Shown: positions 1 through 12,872 of the stretch, piece by piece | Layout of the letters: each line of letters starts with the position of its first letter | Position numbering within the stretch: position 1 is the first letter of the stretch | NCBI RefSeq assembly: GCF_020745735.1 | Contig: NC_083402.1 | Span: forward strand, 8,012,004 to 8,076,003 | DNA: 64,000 nucleotides | Reading direction: 5' to 3' | From: Hemiscyllium ocellatum | Lineage: Eukaryota | The notes under the pieces: generated by a model | What the model saw: the letters and a program-made list of their open reading frames with translations, nothing else | The model's database searches: none | Told to the model about the DNA's origin: nothing | Position numbers and translations under genes: made by a program

Positions 1-1570
1 CAGACCCAGGGTTCCTGCTTCTTCCTGCCTGAGGAACTCCTCTCTTTTTTCCCCTGACTGAATTTTTCCCCCTCAACCTTGTCCAGCCCTTCCCAACTAC
101 ATCTGATCTGATTGTGCCACTTTATATCAGTGTCAGAATTACTGGTTAGTGAGCTTCAGCCAACTCCTCTTCAATGGTGTAGCCATCGGTACCATATGGG
201 CCCCAGTTATGCCTCTCTCATTGCGGGGAAAGTAGAACATTCCTCATTCTAGGCCTCCTCAGGTCACTCATACAATTCTTTCTCCTGTATGTCGATGACA
301 TCATCAGTGCTGCTTCCCTCTCTCATCCAGAATTGGAATATTTATCAATTATGGGTAGCACGGTGGCACAGTGGTTAGCACTGCTGTCTCACAGCGCCAG
401 AGACCCGGGTTCAATTCCCGACTCAGGCGACTAAATGTGTGGAGTTTGCACATTCTCTCTGTGTCTGCGTGAGTTTCCTCCGGGTGCTCCGGTTTCCTCC
501 CGCAGTCCAAAGATGAATTTAGTCAGGTGAATTGGCCAAGCTAAATTGCCTGTAGTGTTAGGTAAAGGGGTAAATGTAGGGGTATGGGAGGGTTGCACTT
601 CGACGGGTCAGTGTGGACTTGTTGGGCGAAGGGCCTGTTTCCTCACTGTAAGTAATTAATCAAATCTAATCTATTTCACTTCCGATATCCACCCAGCTCT
701 TACCGTCACCTGATCTCGGACTCCTGCCTTCCTTTCCTTGACATCTCTGTTTCTATTTCTGGGGATAGGCTGGCCACCAATATTCACGATAATCTTGGAT
801 TCCCACAGTTACCTTGACTCCCCATCCTCACACCCTGCTTCCTGTAAAGACTCTGTTCCATTCTCCCAGTTTCTCCAAGCCCACCGCATCTGTCTGATGG
901 TGTCACATTCTGCACAGGGGATCTCCGAAATGTCAAGCTTTATCCTCAACCAAGGATTCTCCATCACCACGGTTGACAAGGCCCTCAGCCGTGTCCAACC
1001 CATCTCCTGCAATTCTGCCCTCATCAATTCCCTTCCCTTGCCTTGCCATCATCTATCATCCCACCCACATCCACATCCAGAGGATCATTAACCACCATTT
1101 CCACAGCACTCCAGCTGTGCTCAGTGCAAGGTGGAAGAACAGCATCTCATTCTCCACATGGGCACCCTGCAGCTTCCTGGCCTCAGTATTGAGTTCTAAA
1201 TACTTTTACAGCCAGAACACACCATTCCATGTGCTTTATCCATCCTTACACCTCAGGCCCTGTCATGACATGAGTTGTTTTAAGCACAGCCAAACCATTT
1301 TCACTAACTTATTGTCCCCACTAACAGCTTTTCATTCTCCCTGGCATCCTTTTGATGATCTGACTTCCATTCACTCTCTCTGGGCTCCATCTCCCCTGTC
1401 TGCTCACTCCTTTTCCCCTCCTCCACCATCTGTCTTTACCATAGATACCACTTTTTCCCCAGCTACAGACAGTTCTGAAGAAGGATCACTGGATTTGAAA
1501 TTTTAACTCTGGTTTCTCTCCACAGATGCTGCCAGACCTGCTGAGTTTCTCCAGCAATTTCTCTTGATTT
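1..1570 (+). mobile_element. Degenerate Penelope-like element fragment (RT to GIY-YIG, 3' repeat), interrupted by a SINE
   Basis: ggtgtagccatcggtacc...gggccccagttatgcc (GVAMGT/GPSYA-like), catgggcaccctgcag (LGTLQP-like), terminal gatgctgccagacctgctgagt block. Confidence 0.65.
353..674 (+). mobile_element. tRNA-derived V-SINE (HE1-like)
   Basis: A box tggcacagtggttagc, B box gggttcaattccc, V-domain tgtgtggagtttgcacattctc...ggtttcctccc, CR1-like tail gaagggcctgtttcc, (TAATC)n end. Confidence 0.88.
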
Positions 1571-1724
1571 ATATTGGAAGGTTTCCTGAACAAGAGGAGG
1601 AGGCTATTCAGCCCATTGTATCTATGATGATTGATAAAGAGCTCTCTAGAACATCCCACTGCCCAGCTCCTGGTCCATAGCCCTGGAGACTCATGTTCTT
1701 CAAATCCTTATCCAAGTGAGTTTG

Positions 1725-1930
1725 AAATGTCGGAGTCAAAAAGGGTGGTGCTGGAAAAGCACAGCTGGTCAGGCAGCATCCGAGGAGCAGAAGACTCATT
1801 GCTGATGAAGAGTTTATACATGAAACATCGACTCTCCTGCCTCTCGGATGCTGCCGAACTAGCTGTGCTTTTCCAGCACCACACATTTTGACTCTGAGTT
1901 CCAGCATCTGCAGTCTACATTTTCTCCTGG
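1725..1930. mobile_element. Inverted Penelope terminal-repeat pair (degenerate hairpin)
   Basis: gtgctggaaaagcacagctggtcaggcagcatccgag ... ctcggatgctgccgaactagctgtgcttttccagcac; decayed CTGATGA..GAAAC core between the arms. Confidence 0.7.
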
Positions 1931-3166
1931 GTTTTAGATGTGTTGATGGTTCCTGTCTCTCTAAACATAGACTACAGAATATGGAACAGGACAGTGCAGG
2001 AACATGGCCTTTGGTCCTCCATGTCAGTACAAACCATGATGCCATTCTAAACTAATCTCATTTCCCAGCACATGGTCCATCCCTCTCTATTCCTGTTGTG
2101 CATGGGCCTGTCTAAATGGCTCTTAAATGTTGCTAACATATCTGCTTCCATCACCTCCCCTGGAAGCCTTTTCCAGACACCTACCATTCTCTTTGTTAAA
2201 AGCTGTCCTCACAAATCACCCTCAAATTTTTCCTCATTCACCTTAAATTTATGCCGCTTGTATATGACATCTCCACTCTTTGAAAAAAAAACTGACTATC
2301 CGCCCTATCCCTGCCTCTCATAAATTTATGTATTTCTGTCAGGTCTCCCCTCACCCTCCAATACTCTCACAAAAATAAATCCAGGTTTGACCAAGTTCTC
2401 CTGATAGTTAACGCACACCAAATCAGGGAACATCCTGCTCAATCTCTGCTGCACCTTTGTTTTGTGCACAAGTGTCCCTAAGTCCCTTCATGTTGTAGCT
2501 TTCTTCCATTTCTTTTCTCCAGACCTGCTGAGTTTGTCTGTTTGTTTCTCAATCATGACTCCTACATACATGTCCAAACCTTGATAGAACCTGAACACTG
2601 AGGGAACTAGTTCTGAGTGGCACTCGGAACAGCATCGCAGTCACAAAACTACCCACTCACAATAACTCAATGTCTCCTGCTTTGGATCAATCTCACCACT
2701 TTCCCCTGGACCCCATGAACCTTTGATTCTGTGACCAGTCTTCCTTGTGGAACTTCATCAAACACCTTGCTAACATCCGCATTGATGGTCAATATCCAAC
2801 ACCCAATCAACCATCCTTCAATACTCCTTAAAAATTCAATCACGTTTATCAGACCTGACCGCCCTTCAACAATCATCTTCTGAGGGAGTGGTACTGGGTC
2901 AGACTGGCATCATGAAGACCTCATCAGGGGAGAATTCAAGGTTAGTTAAAACTGAACTGGGAGTTCTCATTTGGGATGATTCTCTGACGGTGGCCAGGCA
3001 CGAATTCTATGAGTTGACCAGTTTCCCACTGCAGCTTCAAACATCAACACAGCAACTCCTCCTCAGGAGACCAGACCCACAGTGAAATCAGCTCTTAAAG
3101 ATATGGGGGAGTGGGAGTGATCTCAAACAATATATTTTCTCAATATAGAAACAAACGTTGACTCAC

Positions 3167-3202
3167 GGTCTTCTGACAGACTGTTTGTGAATCTCTTGCC
3201 AC
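3167..3202 (-). CDS. Candidate cytoplasmic micro-exon 6 (GGKRFTNSLSED)
   Basis: Acceptor attttgtctttgttaaag, donor GAC C|gtgagt; 36 nt, phase 1/1. The terminal exon was not identified. Confidence 0.5.
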
Positions 3203-3295
3203 CTTTAACAAAGACAAAATGTTCTCTTAGTTTGATTATAGAATCTGAATATCAATTAGACAATTGCTCAAAACCTTTAAGGTGCAGCCATTTAC

Positions 3296-3343
3296 CTGTT
3301 CTGTTGCTGTCAATCTCGGCATAGAGGATGGAACTGTCCTGAT
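3296..3343 (-). CDS. ITIM-bearing cytoplasmic exon (DQDSSILYAEIDSNRT)
   Basis: Acceptor tttatcattcctgtttgtgttacag, donor ACA G|gtaaat; 48 nt, phase 1/1. ILYAEI fits the ITIM consensus (I/V/L/S)xYxx(I/V/L). Confidence 0.75.
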
Positions 3344-5176
3344 CTGTAACACAAACAGGAATGATAAAGGGCCATGCATCGACAGGCTTGTCCTTAAATG
3401 TCAGCAATGGGTCAGTGGAAACCATATCATTCTCTGAGTTAGAGATGTGATTGGAGCGGGTGAAATATTGGACTTGCAGCATGGGTTGGTACCTGGACTT
3501 TGATGTTGTGGCCATTTTGGAGATATAGGTAGTGTAGGGACAGGGATGGTTGTTGCAGTTCCAGGATTTAGATGCTTCAGTAAGAACAGGGAAGATGGTA
3601 AGGTCGGTGGAGGGTTTGTGTGGTGGCATTGTTAGTCAAGGACAATATTATGATTGCTGAAAGGACATTTGAGGACTGTCTACTGAGGTAGTATGGGCTG
3701 AGATAAGAAACAGGAAAGATGATGTCACCCTGTCGGGAGTTTTCTATAGGCCTCCAAATAGTTCAGAGATGTAGAGGAAAGGATAATAAAGATGATTCAG
3801 GACAGGAGCAAGAGTGAAACAGTAGTTGTTATGGGGGTCTTTAACTTTCCAAATATTGACTATTTGGAAATAGTATATGGAATACTATAGTTCATCTACT
3901 TTAGATGGGTCAGTTGTTGTCCAATGTGTACAGGAGGATTTCCTGACACAGTACACAGACAGGCCAACAAGGGACGAGGCCACGTCAGATTTGGTACTGG
4001 GTAATGAACCTGGCCAGGTGTTCAATTTGGAGGTAGGTGAGCACTTTTGTAATAGTGACCACAAACTGGTTCAGTTTATTTTAGCAATGGAAAGGGATGG
4101 ATATATATTGCAGGACAAGAGTTATGAGCTGGAGGAAAGGCAACTACGATGTGATTAGGCAAGATTTAGGATGCATGGATTGGGCAAGGAAACTGGAGGG
4201 AATGGGCACAATTGAAATGTGCAGCTTAGACAAGGAACAGTTACTGTGGGTCTTTGATCCATATGTACCTGTCAGGCTGGGAGGAAGTTGCTGAGCGCGG
4301 GAGCCGTGGTTTACTCAGAAAGTTGAATCTCTTGTCAAGAGGAAGAAGAAGGCTTATGTTAGGATGAGATGTGAAGGCTCAGTTAGGGTGCTTGAGAGTG
4401 ACAAGTTAGCCAGGAAAGACCTAAAGAGAGAGCTAAGAAAAGCCAGGAGGGGACATAAGACATCATTGTCAGATAGGATCAAGGAAAACCCTCAGGCTTT
4501 CCATAGGGATATCAGGAATAAAAGAATGACAAGAGTAAGACTAGAGCCAATCAAGGATAGTAGTGGGAAGTTGTACACCAAGTCAGAGGAGATAGGGGAA
4601 GCGGTAAATGAATATTCTTTCTCAGTATTCACACAAGATAAAGATAACGTTGTCGAGGAAAATACTGAGATACAAGCTACTAGACGAGATGGAATTGATG
4701 GTCACAAGGAGGAGGTGTTAGCAATTTGGGAAAGTGTGAAAATAGATAAGTCGGACGGGATTTCCCATGGGTTCTCTGAAAAGCCAGGGGGGAGATTGTT
4801 GAGCCTTTCACTTTGATCTTTATGTTGTCATTGTCGACAGGAATGGTGTCAGAAGATGGAGGAGGGAAAATGTTGTTCCTTTGTTCAAGAAGGGGAGTAG
4901 AGAACAACCCTGGTACTTATTGACCAGTGAGTAACGAGGGTAATGTGTTGGAAAAGATTATAAGAGATAAGATTTATAATCATCTGGAAAGGAATATGTT
5001 GATTAGGGATAGTCAACATGGTTTTGTGAAGGGTAGGTCATGCCTCACAAACCTCATTGAGATCTTTGAGAAGGTGAACAAACAGGTGGATTGGGGGGAA
5101 AGCTGTTGATTTGGTGTATATGGATTTCAATAAGGCATTTGATAAGGTTGCCCATGGTAGGCTATTGCACAAAATA

Positions 5177-5378
5177 GCTGAAAATGTGTTGCTGGTTAAA
5201 GCGCAGCAGGTCAGGCAGCATCCAAGGAACAGGAAATTCGACGTTTCGGGCCAGAGCCCTTCATCAGGACCCGAAACGTTGAATTTCCTGTTCCTTGGAT
5301 GCTGCCTGACCTGCTGCGCTTTAACCAGCAACACATTTTCAGCTCTGATCTCCAGCATCTGCAGACCTCACTTTTTAC
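5177..5378. mobile_element. Penelope-derived insertion: 75-bp inverted repeat, hammerhead core, target-site duplication
   Basis: Arms 5176-5250 and 5270-5344 complementary with one mismatch; direct repeat TGCACAAAATA at 5166-5176 and 5379-5389; inserted in the CR1 RT. Confidence 0.9.
5236..5270 (-). ncRNA. Minimal type I hammerhead ribozyme motif
   Basis: Minus strand gtc-CTGATGA-A-GGGC-TCTG-GCCC-GAAA-CG-TC-gaat: full core, 4-bp stem II, palindromic ACGT stem III. Stem I is shortened at the inversion junction. Confidence 0.7.
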
Positions 5379-6584
5379 TGCACAAAATATGAAGGAATGG
5401 GATTGAGGGTGATTTAGTTGTTTGGATCAGAAATTGGCTATCTGAAAGGAGACAGAGAGTGCTAGTTGCTGGGAGATGTTTATTCGGGAGTTCAATTACT
5501 AGTGGTGTACACAAGGATCTGTTTTGGGTCATGTTTGTGGATGACCCGGGTGAGGGCTTTGATGGATGGGTTAGTAAATTTGCAGATGACACTCAGGTTG
5601 GTGGAGTTGTGGATCATGTTGAAGGATGTTGTAGGTTAAAGAGAGACATAGATAAGCTGCAGAGCTGGGCTGAGAGGTGGCAAATGGAGTTTAATGTGGA
5701 TAAGTGTGAGGCAATTCACTTTGAAAGGAGTAACAGGAATACAGAGTTCTGGGATAATAGTAAGATTTTTGGTGGTGTAGATGAGCAGAGAGTTCTTGGT
5801 GTCCATGCACATAGATCTCTGAAAGTTGCTACCTGGATTGATAGAATTGCTAAAAAGGCATATGATGTGTTAGCTTGTATTAGTGAAGGGATTGAGTTTT
5901 GGAACCATGAGGTCATGCTGCAGCTGTACAAAACTCTGGTGTGGCTGCACTTGGAGTATTGAATGCAGATCTGGTCACCGTACTACAGGAAGGATGTGGA
6001 AGCTTTGGAAAGGGTGCAGAGGAGATTTACGAGGATGTTGCCTGGTATGGAGGGAAGGTCTTACAAGGAAAGGCTGAGGGACTTGAGGCTGTTTCCATCA
6101 GAGAGAAGAAGGCTGAGAGCTGACTGATTTGAAACATAAAATAATCAGAGGGTTAGATCGGGTGGACAGTGAGAGCCTTTTTCCTCAGATGGTGATTGCT
6201 AGCACGAAGGGGCATAGCTTTAAATTGAGGGGGGATCAATATCGGACAGATGTCAGAGGTAGCTTATTTACTTAGAGAGTAGTATAAGTGTGGAACACAC
6301 TGCCTGCAACAGCAGTAGACTCACCAACTTGAAGGGCATTTAATGGTCATTGGATAAACATGTGGATGAAAATGTAATAGTGTTTGATGGGCTTCAGATT
6401 GGTTTCACAAGTCGACACAACATCGAGGGCCAAAGGGCCTATGCTGCACTGTAATGTCTATGTTCAATGTTGGACGCTGGTGGAGAGTTGAGGTGAGGCA
6501 GGGGGGGAGCATTAGAGGATGCAGGGATTGAGAAGAGAGTGAGAACAGATTCAGTAGTTTTCATCTCCGTGCAAGGCACGTGGG

Positions 6585-6975
6585 TCTCACAGGCAAGGCC
6601 AGCGTTTGTTGCCCATCCCTGAACACCCTTGAAGTGAGAGGCTTGCTTGGCCATTTCAGAGGGCAGCAGGTCAGAGTCAGACACATTGTATTCAATCGCT
6701 CCTAAAAAGACACACTGAGGTTTGAAATGGGGATCTGAAGTCACCTGTCGGGCAGATTGGGTAAAGATGCTTCCCTGAAGGAGACTGGTGAACCAGAACT
6801 TTTTTAAGACAACAACTAATGTTAATTCAGATGGCCACCATCACAGAGTTGAGTTTATGCTTCCAGATTTAATAATTAAATGTAAATTCTGCAAGTTGCC
6901 ATGGTGAAAATTGAACCCCTCTCCCCAGAGCATGAACCTGATCCTCAGGTTCCCCAGCAGCCCAGCTACTGGGAG
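6585..6975 (-). mobile_element. Deu-domain-type SINE, degenerate
   Basis: Reverse complement carries ...ggatgggcaacaaacgctggcc tail, cttccctgaaggag..gtgaaccaga Deu-like block and tRNA-like ttgaaccc head. Confidence 0.6.
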
Positions 6976-7500
6976 TCATTTGAGATGTGTGACTCACATC
7001 TTGACTGTTTTCCTTGACCCATCCCGAAGCAGCAGACAGACTGGCCGTGAACAGCTCGAGACAGCAAGGACCGGGCCGAGCCAGTTACTCAGCCAGATGA
7101 TTCAGGGAATCGGAAATGGTTATTGTCCAAGAATCCATCCAGGGTCAGGGACTGAGGAGAATATTTCCATCTCCATTGCCCGGACAATAATCCAGAGTCT
7201 GGTCAGATCCCTTAATGGAAACCCATAGCTTTTCACTCATTTACATTGAATGGTCTGAAAGTTAAAAGGTTCATCTATCAAAGACGTCAATCTGTGCAAT
7301 AAGTGTGAAGGGTTAAGGTTGGGGGTAGGGATAGTTTTCAACAGATGCAGAGTCAATGGGCCGAAGGGCTTTATTCTGTGCTGGAGAACTGTTTAACTCA
7401 ATGTAACGGTCTGCCCCTGAATATCTCTCCAGGATTCACACTCTCTCTGTTAGAGTCTCTGAAATGGACAATGATCAGTCAGTTAGAGTACAGACAGTAC

Positions 7501-7562
7501 CTGGAACAGTGAGCTGCTGGGCCTGATCAGTCCCGGGAATGCTGGATGAACCTGGATCATTC
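7501..7562 (-). CDS. Candidate cytoplasmic micro-exon 4 (RNDPGSSSIPGTDQAQQLTVP)
   Basis: Acceptor ccttgtgtatttttcag, donor CCA G|gtactg; 62 nt, phase 2 to 1, open. Confidence 0.55.
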
Positions 7563-8599
7563 CTGAAAAATACACAAGGAACATGAATATTCCAAGGAAT
7601 CTAAATGCATTCTGCCAGGTCACAGAAAGGAACATTCTGACTGGACATCAATCTCTTGCTTTGGTTACACAGAGAACAGATTCCAAAGAGTGATCAACAC
7701 CGTTAATGGAATGAACTTTGATAGAAATCACAGATACTCAGATGTGGACACAATCAGAAAAGCCACCATTGAATAAGTTGTCATGAGAAACAGTTTTGCC
7801 TTGGCATCAGAATATGGCTGGCACCCAGGGAACCCAAGGTGTAGTCAGCAGCTGTAACACAGGGAGGGCTGTGCAGACACTGTCAGGAATCACAGTGACA
7901 GATCATTCCAGGCAGCTCTGGGTCAGCTTGGAGCAACTAGTCACAGGGCAGGGAGGGAGGGTGTTGGAGATGAGGGGAAAGTGCTTGCAGGGGCTTCCCA
8001 TCTGCTGTAACTTTGGAGTATATTACAGGGCATGGAAATCTTGGAAAGTGGAGGGTGATACGGAAATCACATTCCCATCCAATGGAAATTCAGCTGCTTG
8101 GAGAGCAAGGGAGAAAATAGTAGGATTCACAAAAACATTCTTTTTAACCTCAGCACTCACTGTAAGTGATAACAGTTTAATCTTTCCCTCCATAAAACAT
8201 TCGTTACAATTCAAAGTATCCCCTGTGATAAAAATGAGCAACATTTCAGTTTTGCATGAGGATAAATTGCAGGTTAATTTGGGGACGGTGAATCGGGAGC
8301 TAGAGATTTACAAACAGCTGGAAATTGACAAATCCTGCTCAGAAATCATTAACCTGTCATTTACCTCAGTCTATTGATTACTTTCCAACTCTGAGTGTTC
8401 GAGCAGCTTCTTAAAAGGACAACCCACATTAGCAGCTCATCAGCAGGGACCTGCATTCTGTCTGTGAGCAAGAGATATTCAGGATTCTGGGTAATCCAAG
8501 ATGGAGACGGGAAACATTTCTGGCTGTAAGAGCTGCTCCTTTTTTGAGGTATTTTAGGTGCCGGAGGTGATTTCCTCAAATTCCAGGAGCAGCAATTAC

Positions 8600-11500
8600 T
8601 GTTTTATCTGCTGTTGCATTGTTTTGGGACGTTGGGAAAAAAAAGTCAAAACAACATCAGTTTTAAAAGGGAGAAGAACAGACAAAGGAAGCACCTGGTG
8701 AGGACAGTGCAGGAGAGAGAGAGAGAGAGAGAGAGAACCTGCACAGTTACTGCCTTTGCTGTTTTTGAATTCATGTTTCGCTGGACATTGGAGTGCATTT
8801 GGGAAAATTAACAAACAGTGAATTTCACAACTAATCTTGGAGGAACCAGTTTGGGCGAAGTTCACAGCACAGAATCAGATAAGTTAATTGTTGTTTTATA
8901 TCTGTCCAAGAGAAAGGCTGTATTAGTGAGTACAGTGGGTTCTTTCTTGATTTTATGTTTTTGGAGATAAGTCTCTTGATTAAACTTAAAATATAAGCCA
9001 TAGCTATTAATTTAACCTGGGGCAGTGTTTTGTAGAGAAATAAGAAAGTGTTATTTTCTGGGTCTGTAGATTGTGAAGGAGCAAAAATGGCCTTTGCAGT
9101 GATATGTACTTCTTGTCAGATGTGGCAGATTTAAGAGAGTTTTAGGGTTACTGCGGATTATATCTGCCATAAATGCTGTTGGATGCGAATCTTATCAAAT
9201 CGAGTGGATCAGTTGGAGAGACAGATAGTGTTGCTGTTGCAAATTCCTCATCGCTTCTATGTGATGGATGGCAGTTATCGGAAAGGGGGAAAGTCTCAGA
9301 TACAGTCACATAGATGAGTTAACTCCAGGAAGGGTAAGAAAGGTAGGCACTTAGGGCAGGAGTCTTTTGTGGATATACCTATTTCGAACAGGTATGCTGT
9401 TTTGGAAAATGTAGGGGTGTGATGGATTCTCAGGGGAACGTAGCACGAACAGCCAGGTTTCTGGTATTGAGACTGGCTCTAATGCAACAGGGGGTAAGTT
9501 GGCTTCGAAGAAAACAATTGTGTTTGGGGATTCTGTAGTCCGAGGTACAGAAAGACGTTTCTGTGGCCAGCAGAGAAAGAGCAGAATGGTGTGTTGTTTC
9601 CCTGGTGCCAGGATCAAGGATGTCTCCGAGAGGATGCAGAATGTTCTCACAGGGGAGAGGGGCCAGCAAGAGGTCATTGTCCACATTGGAACCAACGATA
9701 TAGGAAGGGAAAAGGTTGAGATTCTGAAGGGAGATTACAGAGAGTTAGGCAGAAATTTAAAAAGGAGGTCCTCAAGGGTAGTAACATCTGGATTACTCCC
9801 AGTGCTATGAGCTAGAGAGGGCAGGAATAGTAGGAAAGAGCAGATGAATGCATGGCTGAGGAGCTGGTGTATGGGAGAAGGATTCACATTTTTGGATCAT
9901 TGGAATCTCTTTTGGGGTAGAAGTGACCTGTACAAGATGGATGGAGTGCACCTAAAGTGGAAGGGGACTAATATACTGGCAGGGAAATTTGCTAGAACTG
10001 CTTGGAAGGATTTAAACTAGTAAGGTTTGGGGGAGGGTGGGGGTGGGGTGGAACCCAGGGAGATAGTGAGGAAAGAGATCAATCTGAGACTGGTACAGTT
10101 GAGAACAGAAGTGAGTCAAACAATCAGGGCAGGAAGGGACAAGGTAGGACTAATAAATTAAACTGCATTTATTTCATTGCAAGTGGCCTAACAGGGAAGG
10201 CAAATGAACTCAGAACATGGGACTCGGATATCATAGCAATTACAGAAACATGGCTCAGGGATGGACAGGACTGGCAGCTGAATGTTCCAGGATACAAATG
10301 CTACAGGAAGGATAGAAAGGGAGGCAAGAGAGGAGGGCGAAGTGGCATTTTTGATAAGGGATAGCATTACAGCTGTACTGAGAGAGGATATTCCCGGAAA
10401 TACATCCAGGAAAGTTATTTGGGTGGAACTGAGAAATAAGAAAGGGATGTTCACCTTATTGGGATTGTATTATAGACCCGCACCCCCCCCCCAATACTCA
10501 GAGGGAAATTGAGAAACAAACTTGTAAGGAGATCTCAGCTATCTGTAAGAATAATAAGGTAGTTATTGTAGGGGATTTTAACTTTTCAAACATCGACTGG
10601 GACTGCCATAATGTTAAAGGTTTAGATGGAGATGAATTTCTTAAGTGTGAACAGGATAATTTTCTGATTCAGTATGTGGATGTACCTACTAGAGAAGGTG
10701 CAAAACTTGACCTACTCTTGGGAAATAAGGCAGGGCAGGTGACTGAGGTGTCAGTGGCAGAGCACTTTGGGGCCAGCGACCATAATTCTATTCATTTTAA
10801 TACAGTGATGGAAAAGGATAGACCAGATCTAAAAGTTGAAGTTCTAAATTGGAGAAAGGCCAATTTTGACGGTATTAGGCAAGAACATTCAAAAGCTAAT
10901 TGGAGGTAGATGTTCACAGATAAAGGGAGGGCTGGAAAATGGGAAGCCTTCAGAAATGAGCTAACAAGAATCCAGGGAAAGTATATTCCTGTCAGGGTGA
11001 AAGGGAAGGCTGGTAGGTATAGAGAATGCTGGATGACTCAAGAAATTGAGGGTTTGGTTATGAAAAAGAAGGAAGCATATATCAGGTATAGACAGGATAG
11101 ATCAAGTGAATCCTGAGAAGAGTATAAAGGAAGTAGGAGTATACTTAAGAGGGAAATCAGGAGGGCAAAAAGGGGACATGCGATAGGTTTGGCAAATAGA
11201 ATTAAGGAGAATCCAAAGGGCTTTTACAAATATATTAAGGACCAAAGTTTAACTCGGGAGAGAATTGGGCCCCTCAAAGATCAGCAAGGTGGCCTTTGTG
11301 TGGAGCCACAGAAAATGGGGGAGATACTAAATGAATATTTTGCATCAATATTTACTGTGGAAAAGGATATGGAAGATATAGACTGTAGGGAAATAAATGG
11401 TGACATCTTGCAAAATGTCCAGATTACAGAGGAGGAAGTGCTGGATGTCTTGAAACGATAATCCCCAGGAGCTGATCAGGTGCACCCGAGAACTCGGTGG

Positions 11501-12872
11501 GAAGCTAGAGAAGTGATTGTTGGGCTTCTTGCTGAGATGTTTGTATCATCGATAGTCACAGGTGAGGGGCCAGAAGACTGCAGATTGTCAAATGTGGTGC
11601 CATGTTTAAGAAAGGCAGTAAGGACAAGCCAGGAAACGATAGACCAGTGAGCTTGACCTCAGTGGTGGGCAAGTTGTTGGAGGGAACCCTGAGGGACAGG
11701 ATTTACATGTATTTGGAAAGGCAAGGACTGATTAGGGATAGTCGACATGGTTTTATGCGTGGGAAATCATGTCTCACAAACTTGACTGAGTTTTTGAAGA
11801 AGTAACAAAGAAGATTGATGAGAGCAGAGCAGTAGATGTGATCTATATGGACTTCAGTAAGGCGTTCGACAAGGTTCTCCATGGGAGACTGATTAGCAAG
11901 GTTAGATCTCATGGAATACAGGGAGAACTAGCCATTTGGATACAAAACTGGCTCAAAGGTAGAAGACAGAGGGTGCTGGAAGAGGGTTGTTTTTCAGACT
12001 GGAGGCCTGTGACCAGTGGAGTGCCACAGGGATTGGTGCTGGGCTCTGTAGTTTTTGTCATTTACATAAATGATTTGGATGCAAGCATAAGAGGTACAAT
12101 TAGTAAGTTTGCAGATGACATCAAAATTAGAGGTGGAATAGACAGTGAAGAAGGTTACCTCAGATTACAACAGGATCTTGACCAGATGGGCCAATGGGCT
12201 GAGAAGTGGCAGATGGTACTTAATTCAGATAAATGCAAGGTGCTGTATTTTGGGAAAGCAAATCTTAGCAGGACCTTTACACTTAACGGTAAGGTCCTTG
12301 AGAGTGTTGCTAAACAAAAGAACTTGGAGTGCAGGTTCATAGCTCCTTGAAAGTGAAGTCTCAGGCAGATAGGATAGTGAAGATGGCATTTGGTAAGCTT
12401 TCATTTATTGGTCAGAGTATTGAGTACAGGAGTTGGGAGGCTATGTTGCGGCTGTACAGGACATTGGTTAGGCCACTGTTGGAATATTGTGTGCAATTCT
12501 GGTCTCCTTCCTATTGGAAAGATGTTGTGAAACTTGAAAGTGTTCAGAAAAGATTTAAAAGGATGTTGCCAAGGTTGGAGGATTGAGCTATAGGGAGACT
12601 TTGAACAGGCTGGGGCTGTTTTCCCTGGAGCGTCGGTGGCTGTGAGGTGACCTTATAGAGGTTTACAAAATTATGAGGGGCATGGATAGGATAAATAGAC
12701 AAAGTCTTTTCCCTGGGGTTGGGGAGTCCAGAACTAGAGGACATAGGTTTAGGGTGAGAGGGAAAAGGTATAGAAGAGACAATGTTTTCACACAGAGGGT
12801 GGTACATGTATGGAATGAGCTGCCAGAGGATGTGGTGGAAGCTGGTACAATTACAACATTTAAGAGGCATTT
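8600..12872 (+). mobile_element. Near full-length, decayed CR1 LINE with esterase-type ORF1 and APE-RT ORF2
   Basis: ORF1: CTSCQMW zinc-knuckle-like motif, VFGDSVVRG and VHIGTNDIG (SGNH/GDSL). ORF2: IIAITETWL, LDLLLGN, YMDFSKAFDKV, SKFADD. The 3' end resumes at 14306-14452 with a (CTATGA)n tail. Confidence 0.92.

Larger units (their letters stand above)
3660..6470 (+). mobile_element. Degenerate CR1-type LINE (APE and RT remnants)
   Basis: ORF pieces DRPTRDEATSDLVLGNEPG, QHGFVKGRSCLTNL, YMDFNKAFDKVAHGRLL, SKFADDT; many frameshifts. Confidence 0.9.

Noticed and set aside
353-440. tRNA genes at the SINE heads (also 28069, 28809, 56388)
   Set aside because: A/B boxes are followed by the V-SINE core and LINE-derived tail; no complete cloverleaf.
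7501-7562. QQLTVP-G|gt resembling a J-segment end
   Set aside because: No upstream RSS and no FGxG; it has a normal splice acceptor and fits the cytoplasmic exon chain.
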